A stretch of 63,859 nt of DNA, filler included, from Atractiella rhizophila (Eukaryota), in NCBI GenBank assembly GCA_021432655.1. It is 9 parts of 9 records of this genome, joined end to end, with 100 filler letters (N's around TTAATTAATTAA, not from the genome) between each part and the next. Parts side by side here need not be neighbours in the genome. Positions count along the whole stretch, not along the records: positions 8,313 to 16,517 come from MU272165.1; positions 16,618 to 24,771 come from MU272166.1; 7 more parts are not named here. One strand, 5' to 3'. The position numbers were made by a program, and so were the translations under genes. This document shows, piece after piece, positions 10,601 through 22,152 of the stretch. The number at the start of each line of letters is the position of its first letter. Position 1 is the first letter of the stretch. Below the pieces are notes generated by a model that made no database searches, was not told where the DNA came from, and saw only the letters and a program-made list of their open reading frames with translations.

Positions 10601-12217
10601 TTATTTGTTCGTTCCACAAGGGCAACCAGCACCACAATTGCAAGCCATGAGAAAGTCCGGATCATCCTCTCCTTCCGCATCTTCATCGCACAATCCATCA
10701 TCAGGCAGATTATCGTCGATATCGATATCCATCCCAACATCGAGGCTGCAACAGCCAACACCAGGTGGCCTGGTGTCCGCTCCCGTCTTAACTTCAGTGT
10801 CTCTAGAGCCACAACAACCCCCAGCACCGTCTAGCGGCTTGGATGGTTGTCCCAAGATCGGAGGGAGAGGTTGGAGTACTGTGTTCTCGGAATTGTTCGT
10901 AAGAGGAGGCAAGAGCCGAGGGAACCGGGACGCAATGCCGTGATCTACTTCGACGAGACGTCCCAAAGCCTTCCACTCTTCGGTTGGGATATTCTCAAAG
11001 TTGCCACTGGCAAGATCTCCTAGATTCAGTGTGCTAAGACTGGGAAGGCGAATGGACGAGCTCCTCCTCGCACGTGTGATCCTCTCATTCCCTCCTCCTG
11101 AATCTCTCGCGCCATTTTCGAGCTCGACTTCAACTGCAGACGCAACAGCACCAAGAGGCGCCAGCTCCTCTCCTTCGGTCCAGAAGAAACGCCGCAGCCC
11201 ATCAGCATCCGCTCCCACCAAGTCTGGGAGGACCATCCCCTCCGCCATCTCAGGAATGGGCTCAATACCCTGTCCTCCACAGCCAAGTCGTCCCTTCCCG
11301 TTTCTATCTTTCTTCATTCCCAGAGGGTCGTGAACCTTGCATCCTACACAAGCGCAGGCATCGCCACACCAGCACAGCGTTGATCCTGGCGCGGGGGTAG
11401 GAGGGAGAGAATCATTGGAGAGAGAGAAAGACACAGTCGACGTGGGCGAGTCGAGCTCCGGCAGTTTTAACGGTGCGGGAGCAGGAGAGATAGGAGCAGG
11501 AGTAGGGGATGAGTCGGCGGATTTCTTGCAACAGCAGCCTGCGGAAACCGCAGGTGCGTTCGTGGCAGGAGGAGCGGGAGTCACTGAAGCAGAGATGGAT
11601 GAGGATCTGATCTTGTCCTTCTCTGCGCGCTTCATCGCTCGCTTCGCGGCAATGAGCTTCCTCTTCTGAGCAGGAGTCATCTTCCCAAGTATGGCAGAGC
11701 GTGTTCCACAGTCGCATAATCCGCTGGTTGCGCAGGAGCATGGATTGAGCAATGAGGTGATGGACACCTTTGTCGTTGCCCTTTGGGGAATGGCAATGTT
11801 GGCGGTGCCAGATGTCGGTGATGATGATTGATTTGCCGCGGAGAGGCTCGTCGCAGTGGTGGTAGGAAAAAGTCCCAGTTTCTCAAACGGATTGTCCTCA
11901 CCTTCGACACTCGCGTCGCTAATTCCATTCTTGAGAACGATAAGATCCCTCTCCACCTCTCTCACCGCATTCTCGCACACGCATTTCGCGTGGATCCCCT
12001 TTCCCTTCCTTGCCTGCCTGCAATCAACGCATTGGGAAATGGGACGTCCCTTTTTCCGGATTTCGTAGAGAGTGCGCTCGAGGTGTTGACAGTTGGAGGA
12101 CCGGTGACCTGAAATACAGGATTGGCAGGAGAATTTGAGGTTGTTGACTGAACTCGCGTTTGCAGTCAATTCTTCGTTCGCCTCATGATTTATTAAGGGA
12201 CACGCACTAAGGACCAT
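10601..12217 (-). CDS. CUF1: Copper-fist transcription factor, Cuf1/Mac1 type
   Basis: N-terminal KFSCQSCISGHRSSNCQHLERTLYEIRKKGRPISQC copper fist; internal CWCGDACACVGCKVH matches the C-x-C-x3-C-x-C-x2-C-x2-H Cu-sensing motif. Confidence 0.88.
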   Translation of the reverse strand: MVLSACPLINHEANEELTANASSVNNLKFSCQSCISGHRSSNCQHLERTLYEIRKKGRPISQCVDCRQARKGKGIHAKCVCENAVREVERDLIVLKNGISDASVEGEDNPFEKLGLFPTTTATSLSAANQSSSPTSGTANIAIPQRATTKVSITSLLNPCSCATSGLCDCGTRSAILGKMTPAQKRKLIAAKRAMKRAEKDKIRSSSISASVTPAPPATNAPAVSAGCCCKKSADSSPTPAPISPAPAPLKLPELDSPTSTVSFSLSNDSLPPTPAPGSTLCWCGDACACVGCKVHDPLGMKKDRNGKGRLGCGGQGIEPIPEMAEGMVLPDLVGADADGLRRFFWTEGEELAPLGAVASAVEVELENGARDSGGGNERITRARRSSSIRLPSLSTLNLGDLASGNFENIPTEEWKALGRLVEVDHGIASRFPRLLPPLTNNSENTVLQPLPPILGQPSKPLDGAGGCCGSRDTEVKTGADTRPPGVGCCSLDVGMDIDIDDNLPDDGLCDEDAEGEDDPDFLMACNCGAGCPCGTNK

Positions 12218-12402
12218 ACCCTTCTCTACACAACCTCTACAAATATATCTTGCTCACTATAACTAACTCAATATTCAAGCTGTCGACGAAGAATGTTCCT
12301 TGTTGTGGTCCTTTTTGAACTGATCGAAACGCGGAACCAGATATTTTCCTTGTTCGACGGCCGGAAAAGGCTTGAAAGCATCCCATTTTTGAGCATCTCA
12401 CC

Positions 12403-13125
12403 ATGTCTGCAGCCTCGAGCTCAGAGCCTCCAACAAAGCTGACAACCAATCCGCGAGGCATCCCTCAAGCTCCTTTTATTGTGAGCTTCCCACTACTGCA
12501 AAGATGGTTGCTGAGAAGAAACAAGTCAACAGCAAGACATCCCTGCGTTCCTCGGATCGAAAGATGCATCAGTCGAAGGACCACTCAGGAACTTGCAGGA
12601 AATGTTGGCAAAGTATAGGTTTATGGAGGGTACCACGTTGAATCGGCTATCGGGTTATGAGGAGAAGATCCCTGAGTTGGAGCGGAGCATAGAGGTCGTC
12701 CAGCTACTGATGGAGCGCAAGGTGCGTCGTCTTCTCTCTACTTCTTTCTCCTTTATTTGGGACAGGGAATTCGACACTGATTCTGTTTTGGTTCTGTTTT
12801 CTGTGTGTTGTCGACGCGTTAGGAAAAGGAAGAAGACCTCGAGACGACCTTCGAGCTAGCAGACACTCTGTATTCTCGCGCACGCGTCGAGGCCAAAGAT
12901 CTCTCCGAGGTGTACGTCTGGCTAGGCGCAAACACGCTCCTCTCCTACCCCCTTCCACAAGCTCTCGAACTCCTCACTTCCAAACTCTCCACGGTCCGTA
13001 AAAGCTTATCAGATGCCAAGGAGGACGCGCAGTGGTTGAGGGAGCAGATCACGGTGACAGAGGTGAATGTGGCGAGGGTGTTCAATTGGGATGTGAAGAG
13101 AAGGAGGGATCAGAAGAAGGATTGA
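12403..13125 (+). CDS. PAC10: Prefoldin subunit 3 (VBP1/Pac10), 3 exons
   Basis: TNPRGIPQAPFI, QEMLAKYRFME, FELADTLYSRA, VWLGANTLLSYPL, TEVNVARVFNWDV. Confidence 0.93.
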
Positions 13126-13682
13126 GAGTGCGTTTGTTATTCTGTCCCTGCGGAGGAAGAAAATGTGAAAAATATCTTTGTAAATCTGACAGCGAGGAAC
13201 CGCGTCATTCACAACAGTCGAGCATACAGCTGCGAAGAAGTAATAGCTGGATATGGCTGAGATCGAGTTACAAATATTTCATGACATCAACATGGCGATG
13301 ACCTCCGTTACGACGTTTCAGTTATAAAAGAAAAACGATCAAATTTCCCACGTTCGTTCTTAGCGGATAAAGGCTACGATAAAATCAAGTGTTTAAAGGA
13401 ACGCATCTGTTTCAGGTCTATCCATGTCTGAATTCAGCGCCGATAAACACGTTGAATTGAGAGATCTCTAATTTCACAAAATAACATTGATTTCCTCAAG
13501 CTGAATGCTCTCTCACTTCAATTCAAGTGTTAACTGCCAGGATTGGCAACTGCCTTTCAAATTTACGAGCTGGAATCGTTACATTGAACCTCAATACGGT
13601 ATACGGATGTTGACAAGGAAGTTTCCTCCAATCTGAAATGTTGAGTGGACTTCCTTTCCAAGCTTGCGACGAGCCCATTAAG

Positions 13683-14786
13683 CTAGATCCCTCGATCTAC
13701 GAAAATGGAGAGTGGGCAAAACGCTCCAACCACGAAATTAGGCATGTCGACGATCTCCGTGATCCTCAAATCTGCGTACCCAAAAATCAGTACAGGATAA
13801 CCAGAGTTAAATTGAGATCATTCACCAACAACGACGCTGCAAAGCATATACGCATCTTTCCCCTCTAGGCCTTTCTCAGCACTCAACCATGCAATCATTG
13901 CTCTGATAGCCTCTTTCGACGCTTCGAGCAAGCTATCTCCAACTCCTGTCGTCGCATAAAAGCCCTTGGATTCTCGTTCGGCGCGGATGCTGATCGATTT
14001 ACTGTTGTTTTGAGGAAGGGAAAGGATGTGCGGCGTCTTCACCAGCTGGGGTTTTTTAAGACTAGTGGAGCTCGAAGTCGTGGAAGAATGCACTGTTAGT
14101 CGAACAACCACTTCCATCGGAGTCTCGATTGCTGTTCCGCACACTTCGCCGTCGCCTTGACAGGCGTGTCCATCGCCAATGGAGAAAAGAGCACCTTATG
14201 ACAGCACAGATTAGTTTACGCACATCTGTTAAGGTGAAAAGGGACCTTCGCATTCGATAGGGAGAAATAACCTTGATCCTTCCGTCACATATTTTGTGTC
14301 GATATTTCCACCTGTCTTATACGGTGGGATTGTGCTCCAAGCTCCTGGCTCTCCTCTGGCTCCTCCAATTTCTCCCATGAATGGATCCAGGGGTACTCGA
14401 ATCTGTTTATTGAACCATGCATATCCTTCCTCTTCATCCAATTTCCATATCTTTAGACTCTCTTCATACTCATTGGCCAATAATCCAAAATCCTTGATAA
14501 CAGCCGTCCATCCCCAAGTTGCATGTTTCACGCTCAAGAATTCAACTTCTAGTACATCCCCCGGTTTCGCGCTTTCAACGTAGATAGGGCCATTTACTTG
14601 GTCCAAACGCGAAAAGTCGAGCGCTTGAAGAGAGGAAGTGGTGGAAGAAGCGGTGATTTGTCCATTGCTTGCGTCCAGGCAGGAGAACGAGACAGTATCT
14701 CCTGAGGAGACTCGTGCGATCGGAGGGAGGGAGTTATCCCATTTGAGGTGGTTTTGATGGGAATGAATGCTCACTGTGCCAGGCAT
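13683..14786 (-). CDS. Acetamidase/formamidase (FmdA/AmdA family)
   Basis: HLKWDNSLPP, VNGPIYVESAKPGDVLEV, TIPPYKTGGNID, FSIGDGHACQGDGEVCGTAIE, AYMLCSVV-DLRITEIVDMPNFVVGAFCPLSIF; two introns. Confidence 0.9.
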
Positions 14787-15048
14787 CGTGGTGGATTTGG
14801 CCCATTGATCATTCCGAGCTTGGAGACAACTTGTATTTGAAATCAGCAAAAGCAATTGCGGTCTTCTCCTAGCAGGTATGGTTACAAATGGGTGTGATAT
14901 ATTATCGATATGAACCTAGAGCACAGCTAGGAGAAATAGATACAATGCGAAGCGAGAGGATATTGACGTATAAGATATCTGTTCCGTTTCTCCACTAGGT
15001 TCGAACTCCTACTAGAGGATAGCTGACAGTACATAGCAGGCGACAACC

Positions 15049-16517
15049 CTAGAAGGCGTCGACGATTGCTCTCCACTTTCTCCTTTTCCTCATCCACTTT
15101 GCAGCACTATCTTCTTGCTTATTGATCTCCTTGAAGCCTTCGGCAACATCAGGAGGCAGGTGTTCCTTGATCTCTTGTAACTCTTTCGCAATAATCTCCT
15201 CCACGAAGAGGTCCTGCATTCGTCCCTTTAGCAACTGCTTTAATCATAAGCAAGGCACAAACCAAATCCAGATCATTGTCGTCGTATCCGAACGGTTGCT
15301 CAATCTGCGTGACGATATGTCAGTATCCCTCCAGAGCAAAGCAGATGGGAATGGGATTAACGTACTTCTTCGCCAGCAGCGATGAAGCCGAGGAAAAAGA
15401 AGGCTGCCAGGGTTGTTCCAAGCACAGTTAACCACGGTCCATACGTTGGGAGTAACTGAAGGTTAACGCTCAAAAGGCGATTTCCAATAAGCTCAGTTTG
15501 CGTACCTGGAGTGGCATGAAGAGCAGATAGATCCAGACCTAAGGCGTTTGGTAAGCGAAGGATAATTCTACGGGAGTTGGGAGCTCACAGCGTGGCGAAG
15601 GTGGAGAGCATAGATTACGGGGAGTGGACAAGTCAAGATCTAGGCTGGAGTCAGCAATTTGCTCTGTAGAATAACAAGGAAGAATATGGACCCACTTTTT
15701 CCATAGTTGTCAAGTCATCCTCCAGAGCAAGGACATTGGCATAAAGCTGACCAAGCGGGTTTCCACCGACGTTATTTCTCTTTTCGAGGACATAGAGATA
15801 AGCAGAAAGAGCCCAAACAATCTCGAGAGGGATATTCAAGCACCGATCATTCTGATCTCCTTTTGACGCTTTCTTCTTGAGCAAGTCCTCCATCTGTGGT
15901 ACATGCTTCCCAGAAACATCAATCCGAGCCTTAAATTCCTTCAACTTTCTATGAATAAGTACGACAGTCTGACTGTCAGCAGCATCGTTCCCTGTGTCCT
16001 GCTTGTACTCCACCCGATGCGTCTTTCGCTTCTTCGGTTTTGAAACGCTCCCCATCGTACTGCTCGTCCAAGCCGCCCACGTATGAGAAGGCTGCAGGAC
16101 AGCGCTGGAAGCTGCCGCTGGAGCAGGTACGGGTACGGGTTCGGTAGCAGCATGAACAGATCGCAGGAGGGAATCGCGCGCTGAGTCTCCTGAGGAAGGA
16201 GAGAAGGTGCCATATTCGTTTCCTTGAGCGGTCAACGGTGCAGTCTCCGAGTGTTTTGGCCCAGTCCCGGTTGGGCTGTTAACAGTCGTGTTGGGAGGCG
16301 GCGCGGAGAGAGCGTTGAGTACCGATGGGAACGGAGAGGAGGCGGATGTGGGAGAGGTTACGATGTCGTCGTTGGCCTTCTTTTGATCGTGACAGATGTT
16401 TTGACGATTAAACTATACCTTCTGTCAATATAGGTACACGGAGAAGGAAGACGGCGCACTTGGGGCATGTCGCAGACAAGAGGATATAAGTCATCGTAGT
16501 AAATGCCATGTTCGGAT
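15049..16517 (-). CDS. Bestrophin-like (UPF0187/YneE-type) anion channel, 5' truncated
   Basis: NIPLEIVWALSAY, LEDDLTTMEK-ILTCPLP, WIYLLFMPLQ, FFFLGFIAAGEE-IEQPFGYDDNDLDL. Confidence 0.85.
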
Positions 16518-16617
16518 NNNNNNNNNNNNNNNNNNNNNNNNNNNNNNNNNNNNNNNNNNNNTTAATTAATTAANNNNNNNNNNNNNNNNNNNNNNNNNNN
16601 NNNNNNNNNNNNNNNNN

Positions 16618-17092
16618 TGTTCAATTTCCAATCTGTCTCAGTCATTTCTCCCTCGCACACAACCACCATCTGTCTTTACTCGTAGCGTCTTTTAATCGTT
16701 ACGCATTGTTGTAGTGTGCGAGGTGAGTAGCCCTTTACTTTCTTACATCTTACTTATGCCAATGGGCACTCTTCAGGTTCCTTAACATTCCCCCTTTTGA
16801 GAGCCCCTGTTATCGTATAAGAGCACCCGGACTAGAAGGTAGGCTTAGGCCTTCTTAGTCCACATTCTTGTCGCTTATTTCTGTCACAGAGATATTGCTA
16901 CTTGACTCTGTTCGCACCCGTTAGACGTGCGACTAGTTTGGGTGTTTTTAGGTATGCTTCCTTATGTCTTATGGTATTCCTATTATCTTATGCAACTATG
17001 TGTTTTTAGCCTTATCAATTCACGGTCCGCTTGCCCCCTTATCGGCTCACCCCCGTTTGGATCCGTGCCAGGTCCAAGCTCGGGTTATAATA
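16618..17092. mobile_element. LTR-like remnants: a minus-strand LTR start preceded by a purine tract (to 16787) and a possible solo LTR at 16808-17092
   Basis: Minus strand reads AAAAGGGGGAA-TGTTAAGG (PPT + TG); TGTTAT...ATAATA near-inverted termini bound a non-coding block abutting a protein-like ORF. Confidence 0.4.
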
Positions 17093-17935
17093 ATCGGCTC
17101 GCCGAACGTTACCACGGTGGAAATGGATGCATTTTGGGATGAAGACGGAGCGAAGATGGTGTTGAATGCAATTAAAGGGTTTAAAAAGCTGGAGGAGGTA
17201 ACCTTTGGGCGCCGGGGTTCAAGAAAGTGGCTGAACGAGGAAGTGGAGTACTTTGTGGATAGAATGGGTGGGAGGATCAGGGACCTAAATGCTTACGGCG
17301 TGGAAGACTCGTCTTCTTCCTCCTTCCCTTCGGGATCCGCAAGTCTTCACCTAGCTCCTGGCCTCCTATCCCTAAACCTCCAAGTTTACCCGCCCCTAAC
17401 ATCAATCTGCCTCCCCAACAGCCTCCGCAAGCTGACGCTCTGTTGCCTGTGTCCCATTCCTCCCTCCATCTCTAGCTCTCCCCTGCCTCCTCTTCTAGAG
17501 CATATTCACATCATGCTTGCCCCATTCTCGGCTCATGGGTATACCTCCATGCTCCCTACTCCGCTTGACTTCTCACATCTTAGACACCTCTCACTCCTCA
17601 TCCTTGATGGCGGCGAGGAAACTTCAAACCTTATTTCTCACCAGTTCTTCAGGAGTTTAAAAAAAAAGAATGCAATGGCAAACTCAACCATATTGCTTCG
17701 GTACTGTGTGGTGGACTGGCTCGGTTTCCCAGAGCTAATTCAATGGTTCTTTGGGATGGACGAGGAGGATGGATCTATGGCGAAGAAACTAAGAATGATA
17801 TCCAACCTAGAAGTTGTTTTATTCTTTGGAGAGTGGCCTGAGGAGCAGATCGAGATTGCTAGGAGGACGATAATTCAGTATGGGGGGACGACATCATCGG
17901 GGGTTTGGGAAGGAGGTTTGGAAAAGTCGCGCTAG
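17093..17935 (+). CDS. LRR/RNI-like protein, C-terminal part (probably F-box family); 5' end lost or interrupted
   Basis: Open frame with LxxLxL repeats (KLEEVTF, RIRDLNA, LLSLNL, SLRKLTL, LLEHIHI, HLSLLIL). Confidence 0.5.
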   Translation: MGSPNVTTVEMDAFWDEDGAKMVLNAIKGFKKLEEVTFGRRGSRKWLNEEVEYFVDRMGGRIRDLNAYGVEDSSSSSFPSGSASLHLAPGLLSLNLQVYPPLTSICLPNSLRKLTLCCLCPIPPSISSSPLPPLLEHIHIMLAPFSAHGYTSMLPTPLDFSHLRHLSLLILDGGEETSNLISHQFFRSLKKKNAMANSTILLRYCVVDWLGFPELIQWFFGMDEEDGSMAKKLRMISNLEVVLFFGEWPEEQIEIARRTIIQYGGTTSSGVWEGGLEKSR

Positions 17936-19390
17936 GATTTTCGCTAGATGCTTGCCGCTATAACAATAGTTCCATTGCTCCTGGGCAAGCTCCTATAACT
18001 TGTTCAGCAAATGTACAATAGGATGAATGAATGGTTATTGCATGGCATAATGATTAAAAGTCGCCTGAGCTTAATGATACGCTATGAAGTATCTATACAC
18101 CCTTGGCACATGTATCAATGTATAACGTCGTCGTAAGGGAGCGGGAATGCTGACTCAACCACATATCACTCTGGAGAAAAGTATTTGATCACAAAGGATC
18201 ATGGAGACAACTGACCAAATGAAAATCTCTTGAACGCAACAACAAACAATAAACACACTATATCCCTCCTCATTCCAAGACAACTCGAGATATCCACATC
18301 AGATTTGTTTTCGAAAGAAGGGTCCATGAGGCTGCCGGCTGAAGCTTGACAGTGAGACCTGAGCACGAATCCTTTCACCCCTGGAGGCATCTTGTCGGGG
18401 GGGCATCTCTGAGGCAAGCTCACGAAGTGATTCCACCACCAAGAACCAAGACAGCCAGTCGTGACTAGTGTGACTGGAGACAAGCTACAGTCACCAGCTG
18501 CTACAGCGACATGTCTCCCATCTCACCAAGAAGAGTCTATAGATGACATTCATTCGCCACAGTGCATGCAGGGAATATCATGGTTTTCCTGTCTCAGAAC
18601 GAAATGGGCTGCGAATAATTACAAATCTTCTTTGTCTGTGGAGAGCTCTCTGGTATCCTCATATAGAAGCTAAAGCTTCATTTGAGAATATGCGGATACT
18701 TGACGTGGTTATCGTCATTGTTTAAGTTTCAAGCCTGTTTATCATACTGCAACGATGCACGCTATGATGTTATGGCAACGAGGAATATCGACCACTGTGC
18801 AATATATATCTTCCTGGGCATATGATTGCTCGCTTCAACTTCGACACAGAAAAGGTTTAAAGGGGTGAGTAGAAACATCTCTCGATGACGTGAAGTGCAA
18901 TGGAGACGGATCAGCGCATTGACCTAGAAACTGAACGAGGAAGAAAGAAAGAAGGGATAAATGAGACGGTTAATTGGATTCGATTTCAGAAATGGGATGT
19001 CCTTTCTACAGATGTTGACACATCCTTCCATTGATTCATTTGATGAAAAACGTACTTCTCCTCAGCTCCCCCATAAAAGCACGCACCACCCACTGTCATA
19101 GCACAGACGACGGACACCTGAGCGTGTGAGGCAATATCTATTAAGGAACATCCACAAGACGACACCGGGCGACCAAAGCATTCAAATTGAGATATTGATC
19201 CAGGAGGCAACATCGACGTTTTCTATTTGTTTCCATCGGTTGTCCTCTTCGCTTCCGGGCTGATAATCGCGATAACATATCTCCCCCTACCCAATAAATA
19301 TCTCCTCAGCAACCAAATATCCCCCAAATATCATCACGATATCACTGTATTTTTCACAATATTCAGTATTCAGCAATACTCAGCTTCCAC

Positions 19391-21290
19391 ATGCATCCCA
19401 TCTTCGTCCATCCCCACCTTCTCCCACTCATCCTCTGCCAACTCCCCACAAGCGCACTCCTCCCCCTGCTCACCCTCAGCAAGTCCTTCGCAAGCGCAGT
19501 CCAGCCTCTGCTCTTGCGTGACCTCGTCCTACGCGAATCGGAGGACCAATGTCGCAGGAAGGGCAAACTGAAGGGGAGTGTGCGTGGTTTGACGCTGGAA
19601 AAGTGGGTCCATCTTGTCTTGTCTTGTGGGCACTCGTATATTTACTGTTCTGGATGGCAACTGGTGCAGAGGAGCCATATCCCTGCTCTCGAAATTATCC
19701 GACCTCTTCCCGACGCTCACCACGCTCTCCATCCGCGCGCGTTCCAATTCCGCCAACCAACAATATGACCTCCACCTCCCCCTCCTCTCCCACCTCGAAA
19801 TCCAAGACCCCGACCCATCCCCACGCACCCGCGTCCCCCGCACACCACCGCTTCCACCACTCCTCCCCACCTCGTCGCCCGGCAGACTCCAAAGTCTCAC
19901 CCTCATCTCCCTCCACGGATTGACCTCCGACCTCCTCGTCGAATACCTCCGTAAGAATTCAGGCTTGAGGTACCTCACCATCGCCGCGTGCGAAGCGCTC
20001 GATGCTAGGTCTCTCGTCGCCGTTGGTGAATGTCGGTTGTTGAAAGAGCTGCGGTTGAGGGAGTCGGATGCTTTGTTCCGGTGGCCCCTCGCCATAACCG
20101 CTGAAGAAGGAGGAGAGGGAGAGGCACAGGACGACTCGAAGGAGCGAAACCACCCTATGTCCAACGTCCCTCTCTGTTGTCCAAACCTCTCCCTCCTTGA
20201 GATCTCAGGTCTAACGCTAAAGATGGACGACTTGCGATGGGACTGTTTTGCGCATTCGAAGAAACTATATGACGTCTCCTTCGCTCGCTGTCCTTGGATC
20301 ACCGAGCTCGAGATTGGGAATTTTAGGAGCGTGAGGAAATTGAGGATCGCTTCTTGTCCAAAGGTGAAGAGGATTCCAGTGGAACTCATGAAAGGATTAG
20401 AGGTTCTTTCTGTGTTGGGTGAAAGGCGGGGAGGATGGTCGTTATTGAGCGTTGGGAACCTGTTGGAGCTTTGGAAGGTCCAGTTGCGTTGTAGTGAAGG
20501 TGGAGGGGGAGGAGGAGGGTTGAGGACCCTTTCGCTCGATACAGCCGAGTCCTCATTCGGACCCTGGAACTGTCAGTACCCCATCTACCCCTTCCCTCCC
20601 CCCTCCTCTTGTTCCTCCTGTCCAACCCAATCTCACGCGTTCCCATCCTCCTTCTCCTCCTCCTTCCTCTCCTTGTCAATACATCCAACCATCGCTCTCC
20701 TCCTCTCCCTCCTCCTCTCCACAGTCTTCACTTCTCCCCTCTTTCTCCGAAACACCAACACCCACCACCATCCAACTAATCATCTCAACGCGAATCCCTC
20801 CTCCCACCTACATTCGAAAAAGGGATACGAACAGAGCATGGAGTTCGACTTAAGTGAAGGAGACGAAATCCTCCGACCATACCTCCACCTCTCCATCCTC
20901 TCACCCCACCTCCCATCCTCCCACCTCCTCCACCTCCTCTCTCGTTTTCAATCCCTCGAAGACCTCTCCCTCTTCGGAACACACCTCGGAGGTCCTCCTC
21001 CCTTCTTCGGTCCCCCTTCCGTTCCTCCTTCTGAAGACCAAAATCAAAGTGGGGAAGAGGCGAATGTCGACTTGCCAGGGACGTGGAAGGAGGAATGGAT
21101 GGAAGGAGGGGACACCGATAGGAGGAGGAGGTATGTGGAAGTCCAGCGTAGGAGGAGCGGAGGAGGGAGGGAGTTGGAACTCCCCTTGTTCGAGGAGAGG
21201 ATGAGGGAGGGTCCGGGCAGCCGGTTGACTGTTTGTGACGTCGAAGAGCTGAAGAGGAGGATCAAAGGTCTGGGTAGCGTGTGGGTTTGA
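19391..21290 (+). CDS. F-box-like + leucine-rich-repeat (RNI-like) protein
   Basis: N-terminal HPHLLPLILCQLPTSALLPLLTLSKSFASAVQPLL; intron after LTLEK joins the 558-aa ORF with LRRs (LQSLTLISL, LRYLTIAAC, LKELRLRES, VRKLRIASCP). Confidence 0.65.
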
Positions 21291-22152
21291 TGTTTGTCTT
21301 ATTCTCCATGTCTGTGATCTAAGTCGTGTCATTTGAAGTCGGATGGACTTTCGTTGTCTCTGTATACCCTTTCGTTTTTTAAACTTCTTCCTATCCTATT
21401 AACATGCTAAACTATCTCTCGTCTCCTTTGAACGGTCTCCATCAACCGCTTTTGAATAACAAGAAGAACCCAAAAAGGGCCCCGCCTCCAACCCAAAACC
21501 AAAAACCAAAACGCTCCCAACCCAAGTCCGTTTCCCGGCAAGCCTAGTTGCAATCCTCAACAAGGTTTCCCCAAGAATGGAAATAAAAAGGCAATTAAAC
21601 CCCCCGTCCCCTAAAACAAAAACAACAATTCCCCTTGGAACAAACGAAGAAAAAAACTGCAAAAAATAAAACCCCCAACAGAAAGGAAGGGGCCGCAAAA
21701 TGAAAACAACCCCTTGAGACACTTGGGGACGATAGACAGATATACATTATATAGATGGAGAAGATGAAACACAGAGAGACAGTGACAAATCAACACAACA
21801 TCAGAGAAAGATAAAATTGAATCATAATAATCGTTAAGACTGATCTTGTGATCAATGAACACAGTTGGCAGTCCATAATTGATGAGGTAGTGCACAATGT
21901 ACACACACGACATGCGACGATTGTTGATACGTTATGAGAACGACGTGTAACTCTTGTTGTTTTGTTTTTGCGAACAGACCGGAACCCAGAGCAAAATAAG
22001 GAGAAACTGGGGGGGAAGAGAAAGCATTAAAGGTGGGTAGCTTGTTGATGATTACGATCGAACGACGAGGCAGAGACAGAGGTTTAGGTGAGGTCGGAGA
22101 GGCGGAAGACAGGTTCAGAGGCATCGTTGTCCGAGTCCAACGTAAACAAATT

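Noticed and set aside
9047..16517. SDR + Cuf1 + amidase + bestrophin as a metabolic or copper gene cluster
   Set aside because: No backbone enzyme or shared pathway, and prefoldin is interspersed; ordinary gene neighbourhood
21400..21720. A/C-rich homopolymer stretch with a hydrophobic minus-strand ORF
   Set aside because: Looks like low-complexity or low-quality sequence between convergent genes; the ORF hydrophobicity is a composition artefact
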